From: Nitrospirota bacterium
Lineage (GTDB): Bacteria > Nitrospirota > JACRHJ01
Length of the DNA stretch: 64,000 nt
Reading direction: 5' to 3'
NCBI GenBank assembly: GCA_963733375.1
Contig: CAVTDB010000003.1
Span: forward strand, 256,001 to 320,000
The position numbers and the translations under genes were made by a program. Of the stretch, positions 1-11,354 are shown one piece after another; the stretch's first letter is position 1, and every line of letters starts with the position of its first letter. The notes beneath the pieces are model-generated. The model was not told the origin of the DNA, did not search any database, and saw nothing but the letters and a program-made list of their open reading frames with translations.

Positions 1-754
1 GTTATTGATAAAGAAGTCCCTGACGGTGCGGCTTCCTTCGCCGTCGAAGTTTATGGCGTCACCCCACGGGGTCTTGTGGCGGCTGGTGAAGAACTGCGGC
101 GCGTAGAGGTGCAGGCAGTTTCCAAGCGGGCCGAAGTGGTTGTAGACGACGTCCAGAAAGACCATGAGCCCCCGCGCGTGCGCTTCGCAGATCAGGGACT
201 TCAAACTCTCCGGATGGCCGTAAGTGTCTTCCGGCGCGAACGGGAGCACTCCGTCATAGCCCCAGTTCCTGCGGCCCGGGAAAGCTGTTGAGCGGCATCA
301 TCTGGATGGCGGTCACTCCCAGGTCCGCTATGTAATCGAGGCGGCCCATGAGCGAATCGAACGTCCCGCGCGGCGTGCACGTGCCGACGTGCAGCTCGTA
401 GAATATCGCCTCTTCCCACGGCCTGCCTTGCCACTCTGTGTCCGTCCAATCAAATATTTCAGGGTCTATTATCTGGCTCGGGCCCAGCGCGTCCTCCGGC
501 TGGAAACGGGACGCGGGGTCGGGCGCCAGGGTATCGCCGTTTATCCTGTACCAGTACAGCATGCCGTGGCGGGCTTCATCGTTCCTTGTCCCCCGCCAGC
601 CGCCGCCCAGGTCGTCCATCTCGAAGAATTTTTTTCCCAGGCCGTGCTGGAGGCAAAGCTCCACTTTTTTTGCCGCCGGCGCCCACAGCCTGAACTCGGC
701 CCCTCCCCCGGGCAGGACGCTTGCCCCGAACTTCATCTCGTGTCTGCGCTTCAT
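1..754 (-). CDS. treZ: Malto-oligosyltrehalose trehalohydrolase (GH13); runs off the window, frameshift near 260
   Basis: ORF 254..754 has [25 protein letters not shown] and [10 protein letters not shown]; it lies directly downstream of glgX. Confidence 0.85.
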
Positions 755-2931
755 CCTTTGGCTTTACCGTTTACCTCCGGTACTTCCGGCTCGGCGGGGG
801 ATATCAGAAGCGCAAGAGAGCGCGCCTTCAGGAGATAGGAATCTCCCTGCCTGCATACGTCGTTTCCGTCAATGCCGAGCGGGTTATCCGTATCGATTAA
901 GGGTACCCAGTTATTCCGGAGCGGGTAGCCCGGTATCGTGAACGGGATGTCCTCGTGATGTGCATTGATGAGGAGCAGGAAGTCGTCGTCCTTGATGGGG
1001 TTTCCATGCTCGTCCCTCTCGTTGGGGGCCTTGCCGGCGAGATACATCCCCAGGCTGCGCGCGAAACCGTCGTTCCACTGCTCTTCCGTCATCTCAAGGC
1101 CGTCCGGGTTCAGCCACATTATGTCCTTCACGTCCTCGCCCCGGATCTTCCTGCCCTGGAAGAAGTGCCCTTTACGGAAGGTCGGATGTTCCTTGACCAC
1201 CCGGATAAGCGTCTTAGTAAACTCCAGTATCCGGCGGCTGTTTTCATCCAGTTTCCAGTTAATCCATGAGAGGTCGCTGTCCTGGCAGTAGGTGTTGTTG
1301 TTACCCTGCTTGGTATGGTTTATCTCGTCTCCGTGATGCACCATGGGGATGCCCTGCGATAGAAGAAGCGTGGCCAGGAAGTTCCGCTTCTGCTTCTCCC
1401 TGAGGGCGTTTATCTCCGGGTCATCCGTCGGCCCCTCGGCCCCGCAGTTCCAGCTCTGGTTATTGTTATCCCCGTCCTGGTTGTCGTCTTTGTTAGCCTC
1501 GTTGTGCTTATCGTTATAGCTGACAAGGTCATTCAGACAGAAGCCGTCGTGCGCGGTAATGAAGTTCACGCTGGCGAACGGCCGTCTCCCGTCGCGCTCG
1601 TAGAGGTCGGACGAGCCGGTTACCCTGTAGGCCAGCTCTCCTATCTTGCCCCCGTCCCCTTTCCAGAACGAGCGTATGCAGTCGCGGTATTTCCCGTTCC
1701 ATTCCGCCCAGCCCCCCGGGAAGTTCCCCACCATGTAGCCGCCCTCGCCGATGTCCCACGGCTCGGCTATGAGCTTTGCCTGGGAGAGGACAGGGTCCTG
1801 GTTTATGATGTCGAAAAACGCGCCCAGCTTGTCCACGTCGTGCAGCTCCCTGGCCAGCGCGGCGGCCAGGTCGAACCTGAACCCGTCCACGTGCATCTCC
1901 AGCACCCAGTACCTTAAGGAATCCATTATAAGCTTCAGCGCCATCGGCTGGGTCATGTTAAGCGTATTCCCGGTACCCGTGTAGTCCATATAGAAGCGCT
2001 TATCGTCTTCCATCAGGCGGTAGTAATTGAAGTTGTCCATGCCCTTGAAGCAGAGCGTCGGGCCCATCTGGTTCCCTTCGGCGGTATGGTTGTAAACCAC
2101 GTCTAAAATTACCTCCAGCCCGGCCGAATGGAGCCTTTGCACCATCTCCTTGAACTCACGCGGGTCGCCAGACGACGAGTAGCGGCGTTCCGGGGCGAAG
2201 TACCCGATGGAATCGTAGCCCCAGTAGTTCTTCAGTCCTTTATCGAGCAGGTTCCTGCTGTCCACGAAGGCATGCACCGGCATAAGCTCCACGGTGGTGA
2301 TGCCCAACTCCTCGAAGTATTTGAGCATGGGGTCCGAGGCCAGCCCCGAATACGTGCCGCGTATATTTTTAGGCACATCCGGATGCTTGATAGTCATCCC
2401 GCGCACGTGGGTTTCGTAGATTACGGTGTCCTTCCAGGGAATTTTAAGCAGCTGGTCTTTCTTCCAGTCGAACGACTGGTCGATGACCTTGCATTTGGGC
2501 ATGTCCGGCGCGCTGTCGCGCTGGTCGAACGAGAGGTCGTCCTTGCCGATCTCATAGCCGAAGCAGGCGTCCGTCATCTTGAACTCGCCCTCTATCGCCT
2601 TGGCGCAAGGGTCCAGCAGCAGCTTGTTCGGGTTGAACCTGTGGCCGTTATTCGGCTCGTACGGCCCGGATATGCGGTAGCCGTAAAGCGTACCCGGCTT
2701 TAGTTCGGGGATGTAGCAGTGCCAGACGAGGTCGAGGCGCTCGATGAACTTTATTCGCTGGGTTCCGAGTCCCGTTTCCGGGTCGAAAAGACATAGCTCC
2801 ACCTTCTCCGCATTCTCCGAAAAGACGGCAAAATTTACGCCTTTACCGTCCCATGTGGCCCCCAGGGGATACGGATTTCCGGGATATATTTCCAGGTCCG
2901 GTTTTTTGCCCTGCGCCTGTGCCTTTTTCAT
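751..2931 (-). CDS. glgX: Glycogen debranching enzyme
   Basis: PYPLGATWDG, NYWGYD, DVVYNHTAEG, DGFRFDLA, EPWD and NFITAHDGF motifs. Confidence 0.95.
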   Translation of the reverse strand: MKKAQAQGKKPDLEIYPGNPYPLGATWDGKGVNFAVFSENAEKVELCLFDPETGLGTQRIKFIERLDLVWHCYIPELKPGTLYGYRISGPYEPNNGHRFNPNKLLLDPCAKAIEGEFKMTDACFGYEIGKDDLSFDQRDSAPDMPKCKVIDQSFDWKKDQLLKIPWKDTVIYETHVRGMTIKHPDVPKNIRGTYSGLASDPMLKYFEELGITTVELMPVHAFVDSRNLLDKGLKNYWGYDSIGYFAPERRYSSSGDPREFKEMVQRLHSAGLEVILDVVYNHTAEGNQMGPTLCFKGMDNFNYYRLMEDDKRFYMDYTGTGNTLNMTQPMALKLIMDSLRYWVLEMHVDGFRFDLAAALARELHDVDKLGAFFDIINQDPVLSQAKLIAEPWDIGEGGYMVGNFPGGWAEWNGKYRDCIRSFWKGDGGKIGELAYRVTGSSDLYERDGRRPFASVNFITAHDGFCLNDLVSYNDKHNEANKDDNQDGDNNNQSWNCGAEGPTDDPEINALREKQKRNFLATLLLSQGIPMVHHGDEINHTKQGNNNTYCQDSDLSWINWKLDENSRRILEFTKTLIRVVKEHPTFRKGHFFQGRKIRGEDVKDIMWLNPDGLEMTEEQWNDGFARSLGMYLAGKAPNERDEHGNPIKDDDFLLLINAHHEDIPFTIPGYPLRNNWVPLIDTDNPLGIDGNDVCRQGDSYLLKARSLALLISPAEPEVPEVNGKAKG

Positions 2932-3070
2932 GGCGGAATACCCTCTATTTAATGAATAGTTAAGGACTTGCCACGGACTTAGGCTAAGCGTGCTCTTTTG
3001 GTTGGGTCGGTTTAAGAAAATTATAGCATAGATAAGATTTTCCCGTCATCGGGCCCACGTGTCCGAAAAT

Positions 3071-3161
3071 TGCCTAATATTTAATCACAATAACCTCGAA
3101 AGCCGATTTATTGCGCATACAAATCTATACACCAGTCTTTACCAAGCACACATTATAGGCA
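3071..3161 (+). promoter_or_regulatory. Degenerate NtrC-type enhancer sites
   Basis: TGCCT-N7-AATCA (3071-3087) and AGCAC-N7-AGGCA (3145-3161) resemble TGCAC-N7-GTGCA and lie upstream of a sigma54 motif. Confidence 0.5.
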
Positions 3162-3216
3162 ATATTTTTGCTGATTAATCAGCGTATTAGCGCTTAAAAA
3201 CGAAAAATGCGGGATA

Positions 3217-3232
3217 TGGCATGAGTCTTGTA
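3217..3232 (+). promoter_or_regulatory. sigma54 (-24/-12) promoter
   Basis: TGGCATGAGTCTTGTA has correct -24/-12 spacing and lies upstream of the first amt-glnK unit. Confidence 0.7.
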
Positions 3233-3305
3233 AAGCTAATAATCAGGAAGCGCATTCAGCGCGAGTCAGTTGTTTGGGATTCTTTTTACTTAGAGAGGAG
3301 AAGGG

Positions 3306-4055
3306 ATGAAGAAAAGAGCAGGGATTTTATTGATGAGCGGTCTTTTTATAGCTCTTGTTTCGGGCACGGCGCTGGCCACTCCCTCCACCCAGATCTGGAT
3401 ACCCTCCACGGACATCCAGGCATTCAAAACGCTCCATCTGGGCATCGACGATTACGTCAGGACACAGAAAAACCCGGACGGCACGTACTCGCCGATAGCT
3501 TATGACGCAGGCCTCACGGCTGGCGTCCTGCCATTCGACAAGATTCAGGCGGAGATAGGCGTGGATTACATCCGGGGCCTAAGCGCCGCGGCCGACGACA
3601 GGCCGGTATTCTTCAACGCCAAGCTGGCCACGCCGGAAGACTCGATAGTCAAGTGGTCGCCGGCCCTGGCGATAGGCTCTTACGACCTGGGATACGACAG
3701 CAAGACGAACTACGCCATCTCGTACGTCCTCGCCGCCAGGACGTTCCCGGTCATCGGCAGGCTCTCCGCCGGCTGGTATATCGGCAACGCCGCCCTTTTG
3801 AAGGACCAGAACGGAAGCACCGACAATAACGGCGTCCTGCTCTCCTGGGACCGCACCATGACCGAGATATCCGACAAGCTCTGGATGGCGGTGGACTACC
3901 AGGGCGGCGACAACCTCTTCGGCGCGACCAGCTTCGGCGTATCATGGGCGTTCTCCAAGAACGTCTCCGTCATCGTCGGCTACGACATCTATGCAAGGAA
4001 GGCCACCGGCGGCCAGCCGACCTTCACGACGCAGCTTGATATCAACTTCCCGTAA
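3306..4055 (+). CDS. Exported protein, probable outer-membrane beta-barrel
   Basis: Signal peptide (…GTALA), alternating amphipathic aromatic-rich strands, C-terminal TTQLDINFP, AGGAG RBS. Confidence 0.6.
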   Translation: MKKRAGILLMSGLFIALVSGTALATPSTQIWIPSTDIQAFKTLHLGIDDYVRTQKNPDGTYSPIAYDAGLTAGVLPFDKIQAEIGVDYIRGLSAAADDRPVFFNAKLATPEDSIVKWSPALAIGSYDLGYDSKTNYAISYVLAARTFPVIGRLSAGWYIGNAALLKDQNGSTDNNGVLLSWDRTMTEISDKLWMAVDYQGGDNLFGATSFGVSWAFSKNVSVIVGYDIYARKATGGQPTFTTQLDINFP

Positions 4056-4160
4056 AACCGTTCTTTTCTTTCGCGAGAAAGAAAAGAACCAAAAGAAAGC
4101 GGGACTGTTTTTTGGCTAAAAAGTTTTTGGCGTTACCTTTTTCCCAAAAAGGTAACGGTT
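4056..4160. repeat. Family A double-hairpin REP/REPIN-like element, copy 1
   Basis: GTTCTTTTCTTTC-gcga-GAAAGAAAAGAAC-CAAAAGAAAG…AAAAGTTTTTGG-CGTTACCTTTTT-ccc-AAAAAGGTAACG; starts directly after TAA. Confidence 0.9.
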
Positions 4161-4190
4161 TAAAAAACCAGACAAAAAAAGGGTGAAAAA

Positions 4191-5835
4191 GTGAAAAAGA
4201 CGTTCAAGAAGTACATACCAATAATATTCGGGCTTGCCCTTCTTGTAGGGCTTGCCACGGCGGCATTCCCGGACGACAAGCCGGCGGCGGCTCCGGCAAT
4301 GGGCGGCGCTACCACCGCGGCGCCCGCGGCTTCCGAACCCCAGCCTGACCCGTCCGGCGTAAATACCGGCGTCGCGGCCGACGCGGTGGGCGAGGCGCCT
4401 AATTCACCCACTGCCGACGACATGACGAAGCTCGGAAAGACCGAGCCGCTGGCGCTGAAGCTGGCGGACAGCGTCGGCCATAACCGCATAGCCATAAACT
4501 TCGTATGGACACTGGTCACCGGCTTCCTGGTCATGTTCATGCAGGCCGGGTTCGCAATGGTGGAGACCGGCTTCACCCAGGCGAAGAACGCGGGCCATAC
4601 CATGGCCATGAACTTCATGGTCTATCCCCTGGGCATGCTGGGTTATTGGGCAATGGGCTTCGCCCTCCAGATGGGCGGCGTCGGCGGCGTCGCATCGCTT
4701 GGCGCGGGCACGGGAGTGCTGAACCACGAGTTCATCCTGCACATGTTCGGCCACGACTTCGGCCTGTTCGGCCTGAAGGCGTTTTTCCTGTCCGGCGGGT
4801 CTTACGATACCGGCGTCTTCACGCTTTTCCTGTTCCAGATGGTGTTCATGGACACCACCGCCACCATCCCGACCGGCGCGATGGCGGAGAGGTGGAACTT
4901 CAAGTCGTTCGTGATATACGGCCTCTTCGTCGGCGCGGTCATCTATCCGCTTTATGCGAACTGGGTATGGGGCGGCGGCTGGCTTAGCCAGCTCGGGCAT
5001 AATTTCGGCCTGGGCCACGGCCACGTGGATTTCGCAGGCTCCTCCGTCGTCCACATGACAGGCGGCGTCATAGGCCTGGCCGGAGCGATCGTGTTGGGGC
5101 CGCGCATCGGGAAGTTCAACAAGGACGGCTCCCCTAACGCCATACCCGGCCATCACATGCCGATGGCGATAGTCGGCTGCTTCATCCTGGCCTTCGGCTG
5201 GTTCGGGTTCAACCCCGGCTCCACCCTGGCGGGCACGGACTTGCGGATCGGCGTGGTGGCGACAAACACGATGCTCGCCAGCGCGGGCGGCGCGTTTTCG
5301 ACGATGATTTACATGTGGATTCGATACGGAAAGCCGGACATCAGCATGATAGCCAACGGCTTCCTGGCGGGCCTGGTCGCGATCACTGCGCCCTGCGCCT
5401 TCGTCACCGCCCCGATTGCGGTATTTATCGGCGCTGGTCGCGGGCGTTTTGGTCTGCTTCTCGGTATTCTTCGTGGAGCGCACCCTGAAGCTTGACGACC
5501 CGGTCGGCGCGATATCCGTGCACGGGGTTAACGGCGCATGGGGCGTTTTGGCCCTGGGGCTTTTCGCCGACGGCAAATACGGCGACGGCTTAAACGGCGT
5601 GGCGGGTACCGTAAAGGGGCTTTTCTACGGCGACCCCTCTCAGTTCCTGGCCGAAGTGATCGGCACGGCAACGAACATTATCGTTATATTCATAATCTCC
5701 TATGTCTTCTTCAAGGTCCTCGACAAGGTAGTCGGCCTGAGGGTTCCGCCGGAAGTCGAGGAAGAAGGGCTCGACATGGCCGAGGTCGCGGTCAGGGCGT
5801 ATCCGGACTTCAACATCAAGACCATCCACCATTAA
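4191..5835 (+). CDS. amtB: Ammonium transporter 1 (frameshift near 5440, likely sequencing error)
   Basis: FMQAGFAMVETG, DFAGSSVVHMTGG, FGWFGFNPGS and LDDPVGAISVHG, split over ORFs 4191..5495 and 5416..5835. Confidence 0.92.
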
Positions 5836-5850
5836 TCTGGCGGACGATAA

Positions 5851-6201
<351 letters not shown>

Positions 6202-6210
6202 CTCCTCCCT

Positions 6211-6248
6211 GGGGGCCGGGCATGGTGCCCGGTCTCCGTTTTACTTTT
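6211..6248 (+). terminator. Probable intrinsic terminator after glnK1
   Basis: GC-rich stem GGGGCCGGGCA-tgg-TGCCCGGTCTCC followed by GTTTTACTTTT. Confidence 0.5.
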
Positions 6249-6258
6249 AAAGGAAGAA

Positions 6259-7611
6259 ATGACTCCGCAACCGATAGTAATGGACGCCACGTTCTGGATG
6301 GCGACGGCGATATTCGTAGTCGCGTACGCGCTCATTATAACCGAGGGCATACACAAGACCGTGGTGGCGCTATGCGGGGCGTCGCTGGTTATACTGCTGG
6401 GCATCCTGAAACAGGAAGAAGCTTTTCATTCCCTTGATTTAGGGGTGGACTGGAACGTCATATTCCTGCTTCTGTCCATGATGATAATCGTTGACCTGAT
6501 GAAGCCCACGGGCGTATTCGAGTACGTCGCGATAAAGAGCGCAAAGCTGGGGAAGGGCTCGCCCGGCAGGATACTGGTGATTTTCGCGGTAGTGACGGCG
6601 GTAGCTTCCGCATTCCTGGACAACGTGACTACCGTGCTGCTGATAGCCCCCGTTACTATTCACATCGCCGACGTCCTGGACGTGGACCCGATCCCCTTCC
6701 TGATTTCCTGCGCTATTGCATCCAACATAGGCGGCACGGCGACATTGATCGGAGACCCGCCCAACATAATGATAGGCTCCAGGGCGCACCTGGACTTCAT
6801 GGCTTTCATTTATCACCTGGCGCCCGTCATCATCATAGTACTTGTCGCGTATCTGCTTGCGGCCAGGTTCATCTGGGGCGAAGGACTAAGGACGCGCGAC
6901 GACTTGAAGGCGCGGCTCATGGAGATGGACGAGCGGGAGGCGATCAAGGACTTTCCGCTCCTGATGAAATCCCTTGCGGTGCTGGGCGCGGTGATGGCGG
7001 GCTTCGTCCTACACGGCAGGTTAGGGCTCCAGCCCGCCACGGTAGCCCTCTCCGGGGCCGCCCTGATGCTCCTCCTGGCACGCAAAGATGCGCCGGAAGG
7101 CTCTCTGCTCGCGGTCGAGTGGTCCGCGCTCTTCTTTTTTATAGGACTTTTTATAATTATCGGCGGGGTGGTCAAGGTCGGTCTGATAGGGTGGCTTTCC
7201 GTGCAGGTACTGGGCCTGACACATGGTAACACGTTCTGCACCAGCATGCTGGTGATGTGGTTCTCGGCGTTCGCGTCGGCATTTATCGATAACATCCCGT
7301 TCGTGGCCACGATGAACCCGCTCATCATAGACATGGCAAAAGAGATGCACCCGGGGCTTACCGGGACCGCGCTTTTGCACAGCGCAGACCTCATGCCCGT
7401 CTGGTGGTCGCTTGCCCTCGGGGCCTGCCTTGGCGGGAACGGCACGGCCATCGGCGCATCCGCGAATGTAATCGTCGTGGGCATGTCGGAGAAAATGGGA
7501 AGGAAGATCACTTTCGGGCGATTCATGCTTTACGGCATGCCGGTCATGGTGATGACCGTGGCGATATCCGCCATTTACGTCTGGCTCAGGTATTATGTGC
7601 TGAAGATATAA
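6259..7611 (+). CDS. ArsB/NhaD (IT superfamily) permease
   Basis: SAFLDNVTT, SNIGGTATLIGDPPN, SAFIDNIP and LGGNGTAIGASAN; multiple TM helices. Confidence 0.85.
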   Translation: MTPQPIVMDATFWMATAIFVVAYALIITEGIHKTVVALCGASLVILLGILKQEEAFHSLDLGVDWNVIFLLLSMMIIVDLMKPTGVFEYVAIKSAKLGKGSPGRILVIFAVVTAVASAFLDNVTTVLLIAPVTIHIADVLDVDPIPFLISCAIASNIGGTATLIGDPPNIMIGSRAHLDFMAFIYHLAPVIIIVLVAYLLAARFIWGEGLRTRDDLKARLMEMDEREAIKDFPLLMKSLAVLGAVMAGFVLHGRLGLQPATVALSGAALMLLLARKDAPEGSLLAVEWSALFFFIGLFIIIGGVVKVGLIGWLSVQVLGLTHGNTFCTSMLVMWFSAFASAFIDNIPFVATMNPLIIDMAKEMHPGLTGTALLHSADLMPVWWSLALGACLGGNGTAIGASANVIVVGMSEKMGRKITFGRFMLYGMPVMVMTVAISAIYVWLRYYVLKI

Positions 7612-7616
7612 TGACA

Positions 7617-7663
7617 TGCACAGTAATTGTGCAACTTGTGACTTGCTGCCCTTTTTATGTGCA
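7617..7663 (+). promoter_or_regulatory. Tandem NtrC binding sites
   Basis: Perfect TGCAC-AGTAATT-GTGCA (7617-7633) and TGCCC-TTTTTAT-GTGCA (7647-7663), 30 bp apart and about 100 bp upstream of a sigma54 motif. Confidence 0.8.
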
Positions 7664-7765
7664 GTGAAACAAAAATGTATGCCAATTTTGTAGTCATGCT
7701 CAAAAATTAGATTTATTCTTGTTTTCCCGTGGGTTACGCGGGTAACACACTGGTGTGCCTCCTCC

Positions 7766-7781
7766 TGGCACGGACTTTGTA
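7766..7781 (+). promoter_or_regulatory. sigma54 (-24/-12) promoter of amtB2-glnK2
   Basis: TGGCACGGACTTTGTA. Confidence 0.8.
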
Positions 7782-7858
7782 ATAAAGCCCGACAGGGACA
7801 GGTTTAACTTCGGCCGGCAAGACGCCTTGGCTGAAATTAGCGAGGAGGAGAAAAAACA

Positions 7859-9542
<1,684 letters not shown>

Positions 9543-9544
9543 AA

Positions 9545-9652
9545 ACCTTGTTACTTTCTTTTGCGAAAAAGAAAGTAACACAAAGAAAACGGGACTTAAA
9601 AACAGTCTAAAAGTTTTTGGCGTTACCTTTTTACCAAAAAGGTAACAAAGGT
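9545..9652. repeat. Family A element, copy 2
   Basis: GTTACTTTCTTTT-gcga-AAAAGAAAGTAAC…AAAAGTTTTTGGCGTTACCTTTTT-acc-AAAAAGGTAAC, after the glnK2 TAA. Confidence 0.9.
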
Positions 9653-9688
9653 CTAAGATGCACGTAAAAGAGATCATCCGGCGTAAAG

Positions 9689-10027
9689 GTGGCCATAACG
9701 GAGGACCGGGCCTACAAGCCCGCGTCCCCCGGCCTCCCCGCCAGAAGATACTATCTGGAAACCGAGTCCTACAGGTGGAGCGTATTCCTCTGGGAGTACG
9801 AGCTGAAGGAAACCGGCACGCCTCTTTTTTGCGCGAAGGCGGACGAAGGCTTCTCCGCGTACGGCTTCACGAGGAACGAGGCCATAAACGGCATAGCCTC
9901 CATCATGGGAAGGCAGGTCCGCGCCTTCGCCTTATCAAAGCAGGAAATCAGCCTGGAGAAGGTGCGGCACTACCTGGACAAATCGGACGTGGAACGCGAA
10001 TCCAAAAAACCCCGCCGCAGGAAATAG
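9689..10027 (+). CDS. Hypothetical protein
   Basis: 112-aa ORF filling the gap before tpiA, with host-like codon usage; no motif recognised. Confidence 0.55.
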   Translation: MAITEDRAYKPASPGLPARRYYLETESYRWSVFLWEYELKETGTPLFCAKADEGFSAYGFTRNEAINGIASIMGRQVRAFALSKQEISLEKVRHYLDKSDVERESKKPRRRK

Positions 10028-10074
10028 CAATCCCCCGCCTCCTTATGCAGGTTACTGTAACACGTTGTTTTGTC

Positions 10075-10103
10075 TTGACAGAAAACCCCAAAAATAATAG
10101 ACT
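10075..10103 (+). promoter_or_regulatory. sigma70 promoter of tpiA
   Basis: TTGACA-N17-TAGACT ending 8 nt before the ATG. Confidence 0.6.
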
Positions 10104-10111
10104 CAACCGTT

Positions 10112-10873
10112 ATGGTCCGAAAACCTGTCATAGCCGGAAACTGGAAGATGCATCTTACGGTCCCAGAAGCACTGGAGCTGGTTCGGGGCATTATTTCCTC
10201 GTGTTCCGGGAAGACCGGGGTCGAGGTGGTGATAGGCCCGCCCTTTACCGCGCTCCACGCAACTTCTTGCGAGATAAAGGGAAAAGGCATAGGCCTTGCC
10301 GCCCAGAACATGCATTACGAGCCGAAAGGGGCGTTTACCGGCGAGATTTCCGCCCCCATGCTGATAGACGCCGGATGCACGCACGTCATCATCGGCCACT
10401 CCGAGCGCAGGCAGTATTTCTGCGAGACGGACGAAGGGGTAAATAAGAAGGTAAAGACGGCGCTCGCGGCTCGGTTGACCCCAATCATGTGCGTCGGCGA
10501 AACCTTGGCCGAGAGGGAATCCGGCTTAGCGTTCAAGGTAATAGAAACCCAGTTAAATGGCGGCGTTGCCGGGCTGACGCCTGAGCAGGCCGAGAAAATA
10601 ATCGTGGCCTACGAGCCGGTCTGGGCGATAGGGACGGGCAAGACCGCGTCGCCCGAGCAGGCGCAGGAAGTCCATAAGTTCATCCGGGAAAAATTATTGG
10701 GCACATTCGGAGAGAACGCCGCATCCAGGGTTCGGGTGCTGTACGGCGGGAGCGTAAAGCCCGATAATGTCAAGAGTTTAATGGCAATGGAAGACATCGA
10801 CGGCGCCCTGGTGGGCGGCGCATGTTTAAAGGCGGACTCCTTTTCCGCCCTCGTTAATTATTCGGAGGTATAG
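10112..10873 (+). CDS. tpiA: Triosephosphate isomerase
   Basis: IAGNWKM, IIGHSERR, AYEPVWAIGTG, YGGSV and LVGGA. Confidence 0.97.
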   Translation: MVRKPVIAGNWKMHLTVPEALELVRGIISSCSGKTGVEVVIGPPFTALHATSCEIKGKGIGLAAQNMHYEPKGAFTGEISAPMLIDAGCTHVIIGHSERRQYFCETDEGVNKKVKTALAARLTPIMCVGETLAERESGLAFKVIETQLNGGVAGLTPEQAEKIIVAYEPVWAIGTGKTASPEQAQEVHKFIREKLLGTFGENAASRVRVLYGGSVKPDNVKSLMAMEDIDGALVGGACLKADSFSALVNYSEV

Positions 10874-10879
10874 GGTATA

Positions 10880-11207
10880 ATGGTTACTTTTCTTATGATA
10901 ATTCATGTAATTGTCTGTCTGGCTGTCGTGCTGGTAGTCCTTCTCCAGCAAGGTAAAGGGGCCAGCGTCGGCGCGACTTTCGGCACGGGCGGCTCTCAGA
11001 CCGTATTCGGAAGCCGTGGCGCGGGCAATTTCCTGACGAAGCTTACGGCGGCCGCCGGCGCGATATTCATGATTACCTCTCTTGCGCTTGCAATACTCGA
11101 ATCGCACGGCACGAGTGCCTCGATAGTCAAGGACGCCTTCCGGGAATGCGGCGACGGCTCCCTCCACCGCCGGTCAACCGGCCCCGGCGCAGAAAGGCGG
11201 CAAATAA
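10880..11207 (+). CDS. secG: Preprotein translocase subunit SecG (C-terminal frameshift)
   Basis: VLLQQGKG…FG.GGSQTVFGSRG; tpiA-secG synteny; likely true stop TAA at 11205-11207. Confidence 0.85.
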
Positions 11208-11303
11208 GCCGTTACTTTTCTTTCGCAGAAAGAAAGGCGGCCAAAAGAAAGCTGGACAGTTTAAAAGTTTTTGGCGTTACCTTTTTACTAAAAAGGTAAC
11301 GGT
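11208..11303. repeat. Family A element, copy 3
   Basis: CCGTTACTTTTCTTTC-gca-GAAAGAAAGG…AAAAGTTTTTGGCGTTACCTTTTT-act-AAAAAGGTAACGG, after the inferred secG TAA. Confidence 0.9.
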
Positions 11304-11306
11304 TTT

Positions 11307-11336
11307 AGGGGGCTCTGATTTCGAGTCCCCTTTTTT
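11307..11336 (+). terminator. Intrinsic terminator after secG
   Basis: AGGGGGCTC-loop-GAGTCCCCT followed by a T-run. Confidence 0.6.
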
Positions 11337-11354
11337 GTCCTTGGGAGGTAATCA

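Noticed and set aside
11208-11354. tRNA after secG (common synteny)
   Set aside because: No cloverleaf or T-loop motif; the region is a family A repeat plus a terminator.
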